Below, one piece after another: positions 27,243 to 40,753 of a stretch of 64,000 nucleotides of DNA. The stretch is from assembly GCF_006345805.1 (NCBI RefSeq), contig NC_042998.1, positions 134,850,001 to 134,914,000 of the forward strand. The letters are read 5' to 3'. The position numbers were made by a program, and so were the translations under genes. Positions within the stretch are counted from its first letter, which is position 1, and every line of letters begins with the position of its first letter. The stretch is from Octopus sinensis. Its lineage: Eukaryota. The notes beneath the pieces were generated by a model, which did no database searches, had not been told where the DNA came from, and saw only the letters and a program-made list of their open reading frames with translations.

Positions 27243-28451
27243 TACTATAGCCTTGGGCTGACCAAACCTTGTGAGTGGATTTGGTAGATGGAAACTGAAA
27301 AAAAGCCCGACACTTATACATACATATATATATATATATTATATATATATATATACGTATATATGTATGTATGTATATATGTATATATGTGTGTGTGTGT
27401 ATGTGTTTGTTCCCTCAACATCGCTTGACAACCGATGCTGGAGTGTTAATGTCCCTGTAACTTAGCAAAAGAAACTAATACAATAAGTATTAGTCTTACA
27501 AAGAATAAATCTTGGGGTCAATTTGCTTGGCTAAAGGCGGTGTTCCAGCATGGCTGCAGTCAAATAACTGAAACAAGTAAAAGAATAAAAGAATACTATC
27601 ATGGCTACATCTTTGGCCTCTTTGATAGTGCTCAACTATCTCAAACAACTATAACCCAATCCTCTTACCATATATCCTTATCACTCACCTGTCGACAGGC
27701 TGCTGTCACCTATGTCTCCATCACCATTGCCTCCTCCTCCTATTCACTGTACATTGCTTCCAGTGAAGTAAAAATGTCATGGGATCTAACTAACCCTGTC
27801 TCCAACATTCAATCCTTCTTTCTCTTATCTTTATTACCCTATCACTGTTCTTGAGGCATATACAAAAAGTAAATCATCAGATCTGCATGCAAATTCATAC
27901 ACTTTATCTATTCTCTTCTCAGGCCATTTGGTAGCAATCTCCATCATTCTCTCACCTTTATCATCTCTTGTACTAGTGCCACAATAAAATAAAACTAAAC
28001 GTTTTGTCAAAGACATGACAATGTCTCCAGTTCCGTGCCAGAAAAATGTGCACCCAGCATAATCAGTGAAAGAGTGCTATAAAGTACACCCAATCATAGA
28101 GACTAAGCCAAAGATTAAACTTACAAGCAAGACATGATTCACTAACCTGTCTGGGAAAGCAGCAACAACCTGTCCAACACATGCCACCATAAAAATTAGA
28201 CGTAACGCCATGATTTACACACACACACACACACACATAAATGTTTAGAGAGAGAGAGAGAGAGGGTGGGATATGAGGAGTATTCGTCAGGATGACTCAA
28301 ACAAGTATGTGTTTTGTGTTCTCAAATAGGTGTGCCATCAAAATTCCAGTTCGAACAGCAGTTGAAGCTGTGGTCATGTGATTGTCTTGTTCAAAGATGG
28401 CTAAAGGTGGCATCCCTTTGAATCAGTGGGTATAGGTTAGAGTAGTGACAA

Positions 28452-28610
28452 AAGGTAATCAATTAGGTAATGCAGGAGATTTAATTAAATCTAAATTTAG
28501 CTATATAATAAGAATATTTTTTACTATTTTTACCATTCCTTATATAGCTAAATTTAGAGTGAATTAAATGAAATTAAATATCCTTATCTTATTACCTAAT
28601 TGTTTGCTTT
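28452..28610. repeat. AT-rich MITE-like fold-back
   Basis: aggtaat...ctaaatttagctatata is mirrored by tatatagctaaatttag...attacct. Confidence 0.7.
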
Positions 28611-28633
28611 TCCTCAATACTTTAACCTGTATA

Positions 28634-29865
28634 TTGGATCATCCCATAAATAATGCAGTTTTTTAGTACTTCTTTTATTTTTCAAAATTAAGATAAAGTT
28701 CTTTTTTAAGCTAAAGTATACTCTCCTTCATTTTCTACAATGCTCTTCCATCTATTTGGTAGACTTGCAAGGCCCCACTTCCAAAATTCACTTGTCCCTG
28801 ATGAAAATTACTCCTCCAGTACTGTTCTGACCTCGTCAACAGAATTCATTTTTTTCCCCCGCAAATGATTTTGAAGATTGCAGAATAAATGATAATCAGA
28901 TGGGGTAATGTCCACCAAATATGGTGGGTGGAGCATTGTTTCCCATTCAAACTGCTCCAGCCTTTTGAATGTCATCCTCACTGAATGTGGCCAAGCATTA
29001 TCCTGATGAAAGAACACCTTTCGTCTTGAAACCAAAGATGGTCATTTTTCTTTTAGTGCTGACTTCAGCTGCTCAGGCTGTTCATAGGAGATCTCCTTTG
29101 TTATCGTTTTGTTTGGGTTTAAAAGTTTAAAGTGGATTAAACTTTTCATATCCTAACAAACAGATAACAACATCTTACATGGGTGAAGACCTTCTTTAGC
29201 CTGGGGTGCCAGTGTTTCCCTACCCAGTCTTCAATGCTTGACATTTTTATAGAGAACCCATTTTTCATCACCAGTCACTATTTGGTCCAAAAAAGGTTCA
29301 TTTGTGAGACGTAACAGCAAAGAAGAGCACACATTCACTCTCTGCATGTGAATAGACTTAGAAAGTTTGTGAGGAATCCATTAACCCAATTTGCTAACTT
29401 TTCCGAAGGCACGCAGGTGTCGATGAACGGTAGAATGACCAAATCCAAGATTCTCTGCTAGTTCCTCAACAGTTATGATGGGATTTTGTTCTACCAAGGT
29501 TTGCAGGATGTCCTCATCAAGCTCTACAGGTCTTCCAGGACATGGCTCATCTTCTAGACTGTAGATTCCAGCTCAGAATTTCTGAAACTACCATTGACAC
29601 TGGTTTACACTTATTGTCCAATCCCCATATATTGCATTAATATTCCTTGCACTTTCTATTGAACTCATAAAGCAAAATATGCCAAATATTCTCCATTATA
29701 ACTTCGAAAAAATAACTGTTAAAATCGAACTGAACTCTTCAAAACTTACGCTAAGAATAACTACAAAGTAAAATTACTACCTGCTTTTATAGCAAGTTGA
29801 TGCAGGTAGTTTATCCTGTCCCACTTTGACTTTGAAAAGGCTATATTATTTATGGGATGATCCAA
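28634..29865 (-). mobile_element. Near full-length (about 1.23 kb) defective mariner (DD34D)
   Basis: TIR ttggatcatcccataaata at both ends; HQDNAWPH...HPPYLVDITPSDYHLF. Confidence 0.9.
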
Positions 29866-30136
29866 CACACACACACACACACACGATGTCTGTGTCACAA
29901 GTGGCATTTTATAGCAATGTGGAACTGCAGTAGCTAACCAATGATAAATTAAGTTGAAACTAGCATGTCAGTTACTGGACAGTGGCCATGTTGGAGCATG
30001 ATTAAAAGATTTAAGTTGATCAAATCAACTTCACAACTTATTTCTATGTCTAGAGCTTATTCTATTCTATCAAACTCATTTTGCTCAATTACACAAGGTT
30101 GTAAAGTGAATTTCTCAACCACACAAGCCCGAAAGC

Positions 30137-30185
<49 letters not shown>

Positions 30186-30685
30186 ATGATATCTATTGAG
30201 CGTTTTGTTCATTGTTCAAAGGACACTGCTAAGGTGAGGGAAAGTACCTTGCTTGGAAACAGGTGAGAGTTAGTGGAAGAGATAACATTCAGCCACAGAA
30301 AACCTGCCCCAACAAGTTTTGTGTTACTCAAGCTATGCTGTAAAAGTGGGTGTTAAAGCTATGATGATGATGTGTGTTGGATATTTTAGGTTGCTATTAA
30401 AATGTGTTGTTATTTTTGTTGTTCATGAGTTGATGAATGTTCAATATTCCATTTAGGACATCATTCAATTCAGTGAACGTCCTGGGGGGAGGGTATGGAT
30501 TGTATTACATTTCTTAGAATTTGTTGTTCTTTCAGTGTTGTTGCTGAAGATGGAATATAAATTTGGGTGCTTTTGTTATTCACCATATTATTTCCTCCTT
30601 TCCAAAGTAACTATTAACCTGACCTAAGAAATTTTCACCAGTAATATATTATCTGTCTCTAACGGTATTTTGCCGCGAGCTTTAC

Positions 30686-30733
30686 CTTTGAAGTTGGTTG
30701 ATATTTATCTTTCATTTTGTCTATGTATGACAT
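30686..30733 (-). CDS. THADA: Tentative first THADA coding exon (MSYIDKMKDKYQPTSK)
   Basis: ATG at 30733, donor aag|gtaaag; sits exactly where CpG depletion ends; no sequence homology recognised. Confidence 0.35.
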
Positions 30734-30841
30734 TTGTTTCAAATTATTATTGCCGTAACGATATTATTTCCGTGTTTAAAATTATTACTGTTATAATATC
30801 GTCTGAATTTGATTATATATATATATATATATATATATAAA

Positions 30842-30987
30842 GAAGTTGATTGTTATGACCGATCAGAAAGTGACCATTGGTTTCGCAAAGTCTGGCCATT
30901 TGAGTCTGACGAGTCGCCTATACAACTAAGTGCTTTATAGGTGCGAAACTAATGGTCATTCTCTGACCGACCATAACAATCAACTTC
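30842..30987. mobile_element. Fold-back non-autonomous element carrying a hammerhead ribozyme
   Basis: About 45-bp imperfect inverted arms (gaagttgattgttatg.../...cataacaatcaacttc) between (TA)n tracts; homologous to 54827-55030. Confidence 0.8.
30902..30961 (+). ncRNA. Type I hammerhead ribozyme, catalytic core intact
   Basis: GAGT-CTGACGA-G[tCGCCTATA..TATAGGTG]C-GAAA-C(taatg)G-TC-ATTC: stems I, II and III pair; GUC cleavage site after 30957. Confidence 0.8.
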
Positions 30988-31054
30988 CTAAAAAATATAT
31001 TACTGTTTTAATGTTTTAGGGTGTGCTTCTTTTTCGGATATATGAACTACTGAC

Positions 31055-31095
<41 letters not shown>

Positions 31096-32397
31096 TGTAA
31101 TGTGATAGTGAAAAAATTGTTTATAGTTTCTGACATTATCTGATGTAAAATTCAATATCATGGGTGGATAAATACGTTTATTATATCAAAAGTTAACTCT
31201 GGGTTGGATGACTGATGACAATCAAATTTTAATTTAACAAACATGTAGATATGTACATGAACATAGAGATATGTAATATGCATATATATATATATATATA
31301 AAATTATAATACATTATATATATAATATATAAAGCGATAGTAGATAATACCAACAATTTTTGCTAAGTAAAATATCTAAAATATTAAAATAAAGCTTCGT
31401 CGACCCCCGAACAAAACCAAATCCAGCTGCGCATTGACGAAAGTGAAAGCAGACATGAACTCAATGATAGTCATCTAAATTAGCATAATTATTTTATAGG
31501 AAAATTGCAAGCCAAATATTATTTTATGTAACTATTTACTGCGACAAACTGGTCCCAATCATACATCGAAGCTATTTCCACTCCGTGTCTCCAATGTCAT
31601 TGACAACAGGATCGATCAATCGAGTGGTTATTTGTCGCATTCAAGCCATGTTTTCTTAACCGTATTGATAAAACGTAATTTCATATTTGCAAAAAATAAT
31701 CAATAATAAATTACGTCTCTATTAACATTTAGTAAGCAGATATCTCTAAATATTTACTTACTCTTGTATTTCAATCTACCTTCAATTGAAGAAAATATTT
31801 TCTTACTTAAAATTACTTCTCAGAGGTTCTAATACTGAGCACTATATAGATATGCATTACTAAAGTATCCCAGCATAATATATAGCAACAACAAGCACTA
31901 ACCTGGAATTTTTGTTCTTAATTCAAGAATTTCTTGTAAAAAATTGGGTGGAATATGATGTACGGCAGCCAAAGCCATATTTTTGTTTGTCATTAACCGG
32001 CGACACGTGTTTATGAAGCCATTTTACGAGGGAGAAATCATTGTAAGTTGTTATGATATGACGACGACTGCTTTGTTGAAACGGCTGATCTCTTTCAAGT
32101 GTAATCTCATATTAATATTCCGGCATATATAAGGCGGCGAACTGGCAGAATTGTATGCATGCAGAGTAAAATTATCAGCGTCATTTCGTCCGTCTTTATG
32201 TTCTGAGTTCAAATACCACTGGGGTTGACTTTGCTTTCATCATTTCGGATATATATATATATTTATATGCATGTATGTGTCTATCTATCTATTTATTTAT
32301 CTATCTATAAATATATATATATGTATGTATGTCTATATATATATATGTATGTATATCTCTTTATCTATATATATGTATGTATAACTATCTATCTATC

Positions 32398-32444
<47 letters not shown>

Positions 32445-32652
32445 CGATCTATCGACATGATAGATCGTTAGCCACTACACACATTATTTTCTCTCCTTGT
32501 TTTTTTTTGTGTTTTTTTTTTCTGTTTCCCTTTCTGTAGAAGAGCGTAGGCTCGAAACGTAAAAGACTTTTTCAATTCCTGAGCGTTATACTAATACATC
32601 TGTTTGTTTTGTGCACCACCTGTCTTCGTCTTTACTTTTTTTCGTAAACTCT

Positions 32653-32660
<8 letters not shown>
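32445..32660 (+). mobile_element. Short Penelope-pLTR/retrozyme-like element between (TA)n tracts
   Basis: Contains a minimal hammerhead motif at 32530-32565. Confidence 0.55.
32530..32565 (+). ncRNA. Minimal type I hammerhead-like motif with mutated core
   Basis: CTTT-CTGTAGA-A-GAGC(gtag)GCTC-GAAA-CG-TA-AAAG; A6 replaced by T. Confidence 0.55.
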
Positions 32661-32708
<48 letters not shown>

Positions 32709-32934
32709 CGGAGATGTACTTGCACTGCAAGTGACCTGATCTGAGATCGTATGCTGGAACGAAAACAATTGCAGTGTGGAAGGTGTTTATAAGCCATTTA
32801 AGAAACACACAAAATCCATTAGATTCACTTCAACATTTAAATTTAATTTGTCAAAATATTTTCGTCGCTTTGAGACCGCGACCTGTTCACTGACAACATT
32901 CCGTGCAGCACCTTTGAAATGCAGGTACAACAGA

Positions 32935-33165
32935 TATTTCTTTATTGCCCACAAGGGGCTAAACATAGAGGGGACAAACAAGGACAGACAAACGCATTAA
33001 GTCGATGACATCGACCCCAGTGCGTAACTGGTACTTAATTTATCGACCCCGAAAGGATGATAGGCAAAGTCGACCACGGCGGAATGTGAACTCAGAACGT
33101 AACGGCAGACGAAATACGGCTACGCATTTCGTCCGGCGTGCTAACGTTTCTGCCAGCTTGCCGCC
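32935..33165 (-). mobile_element. Family-A SINE, CpG-intact copy
   Basis: Same consensus as 1987-2223. Confidence 0.85.
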
Positions 33166-33410
33166 AACAGAAACAGGAAGAAAGAGTGAGATAAAGTTGT
33201 GGTGAAAGAGTACAGCAGGGTTCGCCACCACCTCCTGCCGGAGCCTTGTGGAACTTTAGGTATTTTCGCTCAATAAATAAACAATCACATCGAAACCGCG
33301 ATCCTACGACAGCGAGTCCGCTGTCCTAACCACTGCATTGTGTGTGTGTATATATATATATATATATAAACAAAGATAAATGCGATACAATAAAATTAAT
33401 TATAATCGCC

Positions 33411-33472
<62 letters not shown>

Positions 33473-33489
33473 ATAGTTCTTTTTTATTC

Positions 33490-34035
33490 TAGGTACAAGG
33501 CCCGAGATTTTGGTTAAGGAACCAGTCGATTAGATCGATTCCAGTACGCAACTGGTACTTAATTTATCGACCCGAAAGGATGAAAAGCAACTCAGAACGT
33601 GAAGACTGACGAAATACCTATTTCTTTACTACCCACAAGGGGCTAAACACAGAAGGGACAAACAAAGACAGACAAACAGATTAAGTCGATTATTTCGACC
33701 CCAGTGCGTAACTGGTACTTATTTAATCGACCCCGAGAGGATGAAAGGCAAAGTTGACCTCGGTGGAATTTGAACTCAGAACGTAACGGCAGACGAAATA
33801 CCTATTTCTTTATTGCCCACAAGGGGCTAAACACAGAGAGGACAAACAAGGACAGACAAACGGATTAAGTCGATTATATCGACCCCAGTGCGTAACTGGT
33901 ACTTATTTTTAATCGACTCCGAAAGGATCAAAGGCAAAATCGACTTCGCCGGAATTTGAACTCAGAACGTAGCGGCAGACGAAATACCGCCAATCATTTC
34001 GCCCGGCGTGCTAACGTGTCTGCCAGCTCGCCACC
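33490..34035 (-). mobile_element. Head-to-tail family-A SINE concatemer
   Basis: Identical junction gacgaaata-cc-tatttcttt at 33611-33624 and 33795-33808. Confidence 0.8.
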
Positions 34036-34058
34036 TTTTCTACTTTAGGCACAAGGCC

Positions 34059-34635
34059 TGGCAAGACTTCTGCCCCCCCCCCCCCAAACACCCTTAATTT
34101 TTTTTTCGACACAACCCCGCCCCCTTTTCGGCTGCGGGGAATACGAATCTGGAAAAAAATTGACAAAAATCGACATTTCTAAATTACCACATCCACCTTC
34201 CATTTCCTTCATTTTAAACTTTTTTCACAATTTTTTTTTTCAAAAATCTTTGTAAAATTTTTTTTAAGAATTTTTTTTTTTTTCTAAATATGCGGAAAAA
34301 TACGGACATCATGATTCGGACAAAAATTTCAAAACATTTCTGTACTTACGGTTAGGGTTAGGATTTCAGGGTTAGGGTTAGGGTTAGGGGTTTAGGGTTA
34401 GGGTTTTAGGGTCAGGATTAGGGTTAGGGTTTTAGGGTTAGGATTTTAGGGTTAGGGTTTTAGGATTAGCGTTGGGGAAAAAGTCAAAATTGAAGAAGAT
34501 AGGGGAAAACGGGAGGCGGAATTTCACAATACCGATTTTTGGCAATTTTCTGGAATTTCCGTATCCGAAAACGGGGAGTTTTAGCAAAAAAAATTCCAAA
34601 AGTAAATAAATTTGGGAGGGGCGGAAGTCTTTCCC
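34059..34635. mobile_element. Non-autonomous TIR element with internal degenerate (TTAGGG)n, inserted into a SINE
   Basis: TIR ggcaagacttctgcccc / ggggcggaagtctttcc; telomeric tract at 34350-34470; flanks rejoin to aaggcccgaaa. Confidence 0.8.
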
Positions 34636-34791
34636 CGAAATTTTGGGAGAGGGACCCAGTCGATTAGATCGACACCAGTACGCAACTGGTACTTCATTTA
34701 TCGACCCCGAAAGGATAAAAGGCAAAGTCGACCTCGGTGGAATTTGAACTCAGAACATAAAGATATATATTGTATAGTATAGTATAGTATA

Positions 34792-35887
34792 TCTATATAT
34801 ATAAAACTCAACTTGTGTGTCTGTGTGTGTGTCTGTGTGTTTAACTTCCCGACACATCTCCTCCTAGCCAACAAATCGTAGACCCACCAAAAATGGGTCA
34901 CTTAAAGTTTAGGCGAATGAAAATTGAACTGCGCTATTTCTGTTCCGAAATTCATCTCGCAAGTGCAAAAATCGATAATGTGTTTGTTTAGGCCTTATCC
35001 CATGCATTGAATAGTGAACTTTACTCAGTCAGCTGTTTGACGTGAACTGTGTTCACGCGTGCAAGCATGCGTAAATTGCATGAAAAATAAAAAATCAAGA
35101 TATAAAAACGAATCGCCGTAAACATTGTAGAAATTCGGCAAAGAAATGAATTTTCGGGATGTAGCCTGGAGGGTTTTTTCGTATTAATCGTTTGGACTTT
35201 GTGGACACACACCAATTGTTTTCATAACATTTTTAACGCTTTGAATTAAATGTGACCATTTTGCGTTGAGTCTGCAATTTGAATCACTTTAACTAAATTT
35301 TAGCAGGCCGGATTTTTGATCATCACGATACATCGCCAGCGACTCCCTGAAACTCTCCCCTGAAATCCCCGTTGAGAAATCTATATATATAAAACTCAAC
35401 TTGTGTGTCTGTGTGTGTATCTGTGTGTGTGTGTCTGTGTGTTTAACTTTTGGATCTACCAAGTTTCATTATTAAGGATGGAAAGTAGTGTGTAGCAAAT
35501 CTCTATATATAAAGCTGAAGTTGTCTGTGTGTAGCAGGTTTGGTAGCCTTCAACTAAAACTATCTCCTTCGAGACCCTGCCGCGCAAGTTGACCAAAATT
35601 GAGAGTATGATAGAAGAAGGCTTGCTCTTCATTCTGTAGAAGATAAAATTCAAATCGGACCATGTTAACACCAAAAATTATTTACATCAAAAAGGTGCAT
35701 TTTTTCTATGAAAATCCCTATTTTTTTACGATTTTTGACGGCTGTGTCACAATTTTTCGGTGTATTTCAACTGGAAAAATGTTCACTTGAAGAGAATAAC
35801 AAGTTGCATAATGCAAAATTTTACTTTTCAAAAATTCCAATTCTAAAGGGTCGAAACAAATCCAAGCAACACCGGGTGATACTGCTA

Positions 35888-35888
<1 letters not shown>
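34792..35888 (+). mobile_element. Nested non-autonomous Helitrons (three 5' heads, one 3' end)
   Basis: A|TCTATATATATAAA-type heads at 34792, 35380 and 35500; 3' hairpin ...caagcaacaccggg...CTAG|T ending at 35888. Confidence 0.75.
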
Positions 35889-35951
<63 letters not shown>

Positions 35952-36496
35952 TAGCGAGCAAAAAAAGAGGACGATTAATATTTTTTAAATGTCGGACATG
36001 TTAGTGAACGTACAAATCCGTAATTGGTTTAGTAAATATGATTAACCATTAGCTAAATTCTTTGAAAAATCTAACTTTGTACAATAGTCTTAAGAAATTT
36101 AATAACACTAACACTAGTTCTCTCCAAATGTCTCATGTGCAAAATAAGAGAACGGTTAGTTTTCTCCAGAAATTTCTGGAAATTTCAAACATTTGTAGAA
36201 TGACCGTGCGAAAGGAGAGGTGACGAATGAATGACTCCTTTAGTACACTGCACGGTCGCTTTCAATAAAAGCAAAAATGGATAAATGGGTATGAGTGCCA
36301 GAAGGAAAAGAAAGACGACACAACCGTAGAATGTTTAAGAGAAAGTTTTTAGCAAAGTGTTAGCAAAGTGTCTGTATGTGCGACATAAGTACATATACAA
36401 TAATAACAATAGACAGGCCGTCATGCATACATAATGTGTATGTGTGTACAAACAAGGGTGTATGCGTGTGAGATAAAATATAGAGCATTGAAAGAG

Positions 36497-37246
<750 letters not shown>

Positions 37247-37326
37247 TCACTAAGCGTACGCTACACATTGTTTACATTTGCAGGCTCAACGTTACTACCG
37301 TCTCATTATTGTGCTAGCTTCCGAAC

Positions 37327-38350
37327 ATGGCACACCACGCTAAATTTACTCTCAATCTCCGAAAAGAAATTGTCAAGATGACAGTTTCAGGAATGTCTCG
37401 CTCGGTATTTCACGAGACGGAAGGAGATCTAATAGTGTAGCTTCATGTGTTCTTAAGCTCTATGAAGAAACTAAAGGATTTGAACCAAAAAAGACAACTG
37501 GTAGACCACGTAAAACCCCCATGTGAGATAATGGAGCCATGAAACGGTACGTATTGAAGGATACTTTCGAGACTGCGGCTGGAATTTCTAAGAAAATAAA
37601 ATAAAATAATGGTATGGATGGGAGCCGCTTTACAGCGTGTCGTCGTCTGAAGGAATCTGGATTAAAAACTTGTTCCCCGGCAACGAAACCAACCATCAGC
37701 AAGAAGAACAAGTTGGAAAGGCTTTCGTTTCCAGAACTCATGTGAACTGGAGAGATGTAAATTGGTCAAAAGTTCATTTTAGCGATGAAAGCAAATTCAA
37801 TTTACTAGGTTCATACGGTAGACAGCATGTTAGGCGCATCACAGGAGATCGGCTAAAATCCAAGTGTCTGAAGAAATCTGCCAAGTTTAAAGGAGGAAGC
37901 GTCAGTGTGTGGGGAATGATTTCTTCTGAAGGAGTTGGCCCTCTAGTGCAGATTAAAGAGACTATTAATGCAAATATCTATTTAAATTTGGTTAAACAGC
38001 ATGTGATCCTATCGTTACGAACATTTCCAAATCAACCGTGCATTTTCATGCAAGATAATGCCCCTTGTCATACTGCAAGGCCTGTCACTGGATTCTTTAG
38101 TGAACAAAATATCCAAGCAAGGAGGTGGCCAGCACAAAGTCCAGGCTTAAATCCAATTGAAAACCTTTGGAAGATACTTGGAGATAATGTAATACAAAGG
38201 GTACCAACTACTACGACGAATTTATGGGAGATATAAGAGGAATGGAAGAAAGTAACACCTGACTTGTGCAGGAAACTTGTTATGTCCTGTGGCAATTGAT
38301 GTGCAGAGGTGATCGGATCGCCAAGAAAGGTCTACAAACATCATACGAAG
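37327..38350 (+). pseudogene. Frameshifted Tc1 DD34E transposase
   Basis: GRPRKT, VHFSDESKFNL, FMQDNAPCH, WPAQSPGLNPIENLW. Confidence 0.9.
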
Positions 38351-38662
38351 TGTATTAAGTTCATATTTACATTTCTTTCAATCATTATTATGGTTTTGAG
38401 TCAATTGAAGCATATTTTGGTTTGATCGTTCTCTTATTTTGCACATGAGACATTTGAGCGAAACCAGTTTTAGTATTATTAACTTTATTAAGACCATTGT
38501 ACAAACTTAGATTTTTCATGGAATTTAGTTAATGGTTAACTGTATTTACGAAATCAGTTACGAATTTGTACATTTACTAGCTTTTCCGAAATTAAAAAAA
38601 AAATTGTTCTCATTTTGCTCTCGCTACTATATATATACAGATATATATATATATATATAATA

Positions 38663-38717
<55 letters not shown>

Positions 38718-39013
38718 TATATAAGTTCAGAAAATTTAGATTCAGATGAATATGGTACTTAAGTCGAAGGCACCAGAATTTTGTATGGTATTATCCATAT
38801 AAATCCACGGGGTGATTACAATCAAAATAAGCAATAAGTATTACCTCGCATATACTTGTAGCTTATTTTGATTATATATAATGGTTGGATGTATAAAAGA
38901 CAAAAAAGAGTGAAAAAATAACAGAAGGCTTGTCTTATATGGTTAAAGAATATATTTAAATCGTTATGTTAGAAAAATGTTATAAAATTTTGCGTATAGT
39001 AACATAGTTGTTG

Positions 39014-39052
39014 GAGAAATAACCGGTTTCGTATTTTCTTTTCAAATTTCTC
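39014..39052 (-). ncRNA. Minimal hammerhead, U3:A8 variant (3' pLTR copy)
   Basis: Exact reverse complement of 40754-40792. Confidence 0.6.
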
Positions 39053-40753
39053 AAATTTCTTTACCTATATCGTGTCATGTCTTCGCGATGTTGTGAAATA
39101 TGGAGTTCCAGGCAGGGGAAGGTAATCAGGGATGTTTTCCGGTATAAGGGAGATAATAAAAAATGTTGGGAATGACTAGGTTTGATTAAATTAACATGAT
39201 TTGGTTTAGAAGGAATACAATGTTACAAGTGGTTAGGTTTTGCTTTATATTTTTTCAATGAAGTGAGTTTCCTTATTTAAAAATGTTAGATATGGTAAAG
39301 TTTTGGCCTATATTTGTCAATGAAGAAGGTTTCCTTATTTAATCTAACTTGTGTTGGTGTTCCAATGGCACATTGATAGAATGGAAAGATTTCAAATTGT
39401 GGTAGCATTTGCTTTGCGCATTTCTCAATATGTTCACTAAAGGATATCATTCTGTATTCTGGGAATGCAATCTGCTGTCGATGCAGAGTGCATCTGCGTC
39501 TGAGCGATAATCCCGTGGATTTGGTGACAACCCGAGCATCTTATAACATAAATCAGGTTTTCTGAAGCACAAGTAAAGTCAGATTTGATTTTGAATTTTT
39601 GTCCCTCTTTGAAAAGGAATTCTGATCCTTTAAGAAGGTTTGGGCATGTTGCGCAATTTGGTCTACCACATTTTTTCACTTTTGCATCCGTTATTCTAGA
39701 AAATAATTTTGCCTTTGTGAGGAACTTTTTTAGTGACTTCGGTTGTTTGTAGCTTTTAATGATTTTATGCATGTGTAAAATTTCCTTTGATTTGGGGTCC
39801 TTATGTAGCATTGGTAAATTTTAGGTGATGATGGTGAAGGCTTCTTTGTTTCTAGGGTTGCATGTGGATATGTACGGCAGTATTTTTGGGGAAGGCGTGT
39901 CGCTGTGTTGAACTTTTCTTAAGGTTTCTACGTCGATTTGTGTTGCACGTCTGATTCCATCCTCTATGAGTTGAACTGGGTAGTGTCTGTCAATTAGGGT
40001 GTTTTTTAGTTCTTGCAGTCTAAAGTCTCTGGTATTTTGTTCTGACACTATTGTGCATATCCTTCTTGCAAGGTTGAAGGGGATGTTTGTTTTGGTGTGT
40101 CTTGGGCGGCATGAATTAAATAGGTATTGTTTGGCGTCTGTGGTTTTGTATAAAAATGTCCGTTTCTATTTTTAAGTCTATTTTTTATTTAGTATATCTT
40201 AGAATGGAAGTTCCTTTTCGTTGTACTCCATTGTGAACTGTATGTTTGGGTTGACGCTGTTCAATAGCCATTTGAATTTCATATGTTTATTTGTGTTTTC
40301 ATTCCAGAGTATGAAACAGTCGTCTAGGAATCTTTTCCAATTTTCTTTTACGTATTGGGAAAGGGGGGTTTCCAAAGCTAGATAAAGATTCCTGGTATAT
40401 TATTACTTCCGGGTAGACCATTTTTAGGTTCGCAATGACTGGGGCTGCCCTACACAAGTTAGATTAAATAAGGAAACCTTCTTCATTGAAAAATATAAGC
40501 CAAAACTTAACCATTTCTAACCTTTTTTAATAAGGAAACTCACCTCATTGAAAAAATATAAAGCAAAACCAAACCACTTGTAGCATTGTATCCCTTCTAA
40601 ACCAAATCATGTTAAATTAATTAAACCTAGTCATTCCCAACATTTTTTATTATCTCCCTTATACCGGAAAACATCCCTGATTACCTTCCCCTGCCTGGAA
40701 CTCCATATTTCACAACATCGCGAAGACATGACACGATATAGGTAAAGAAATTT

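Noticed and set aside
34350-34470. Chromosome end or telomere fusion site
   Set aside because: Short, degenerate, single orientation and enclosed by TIRs
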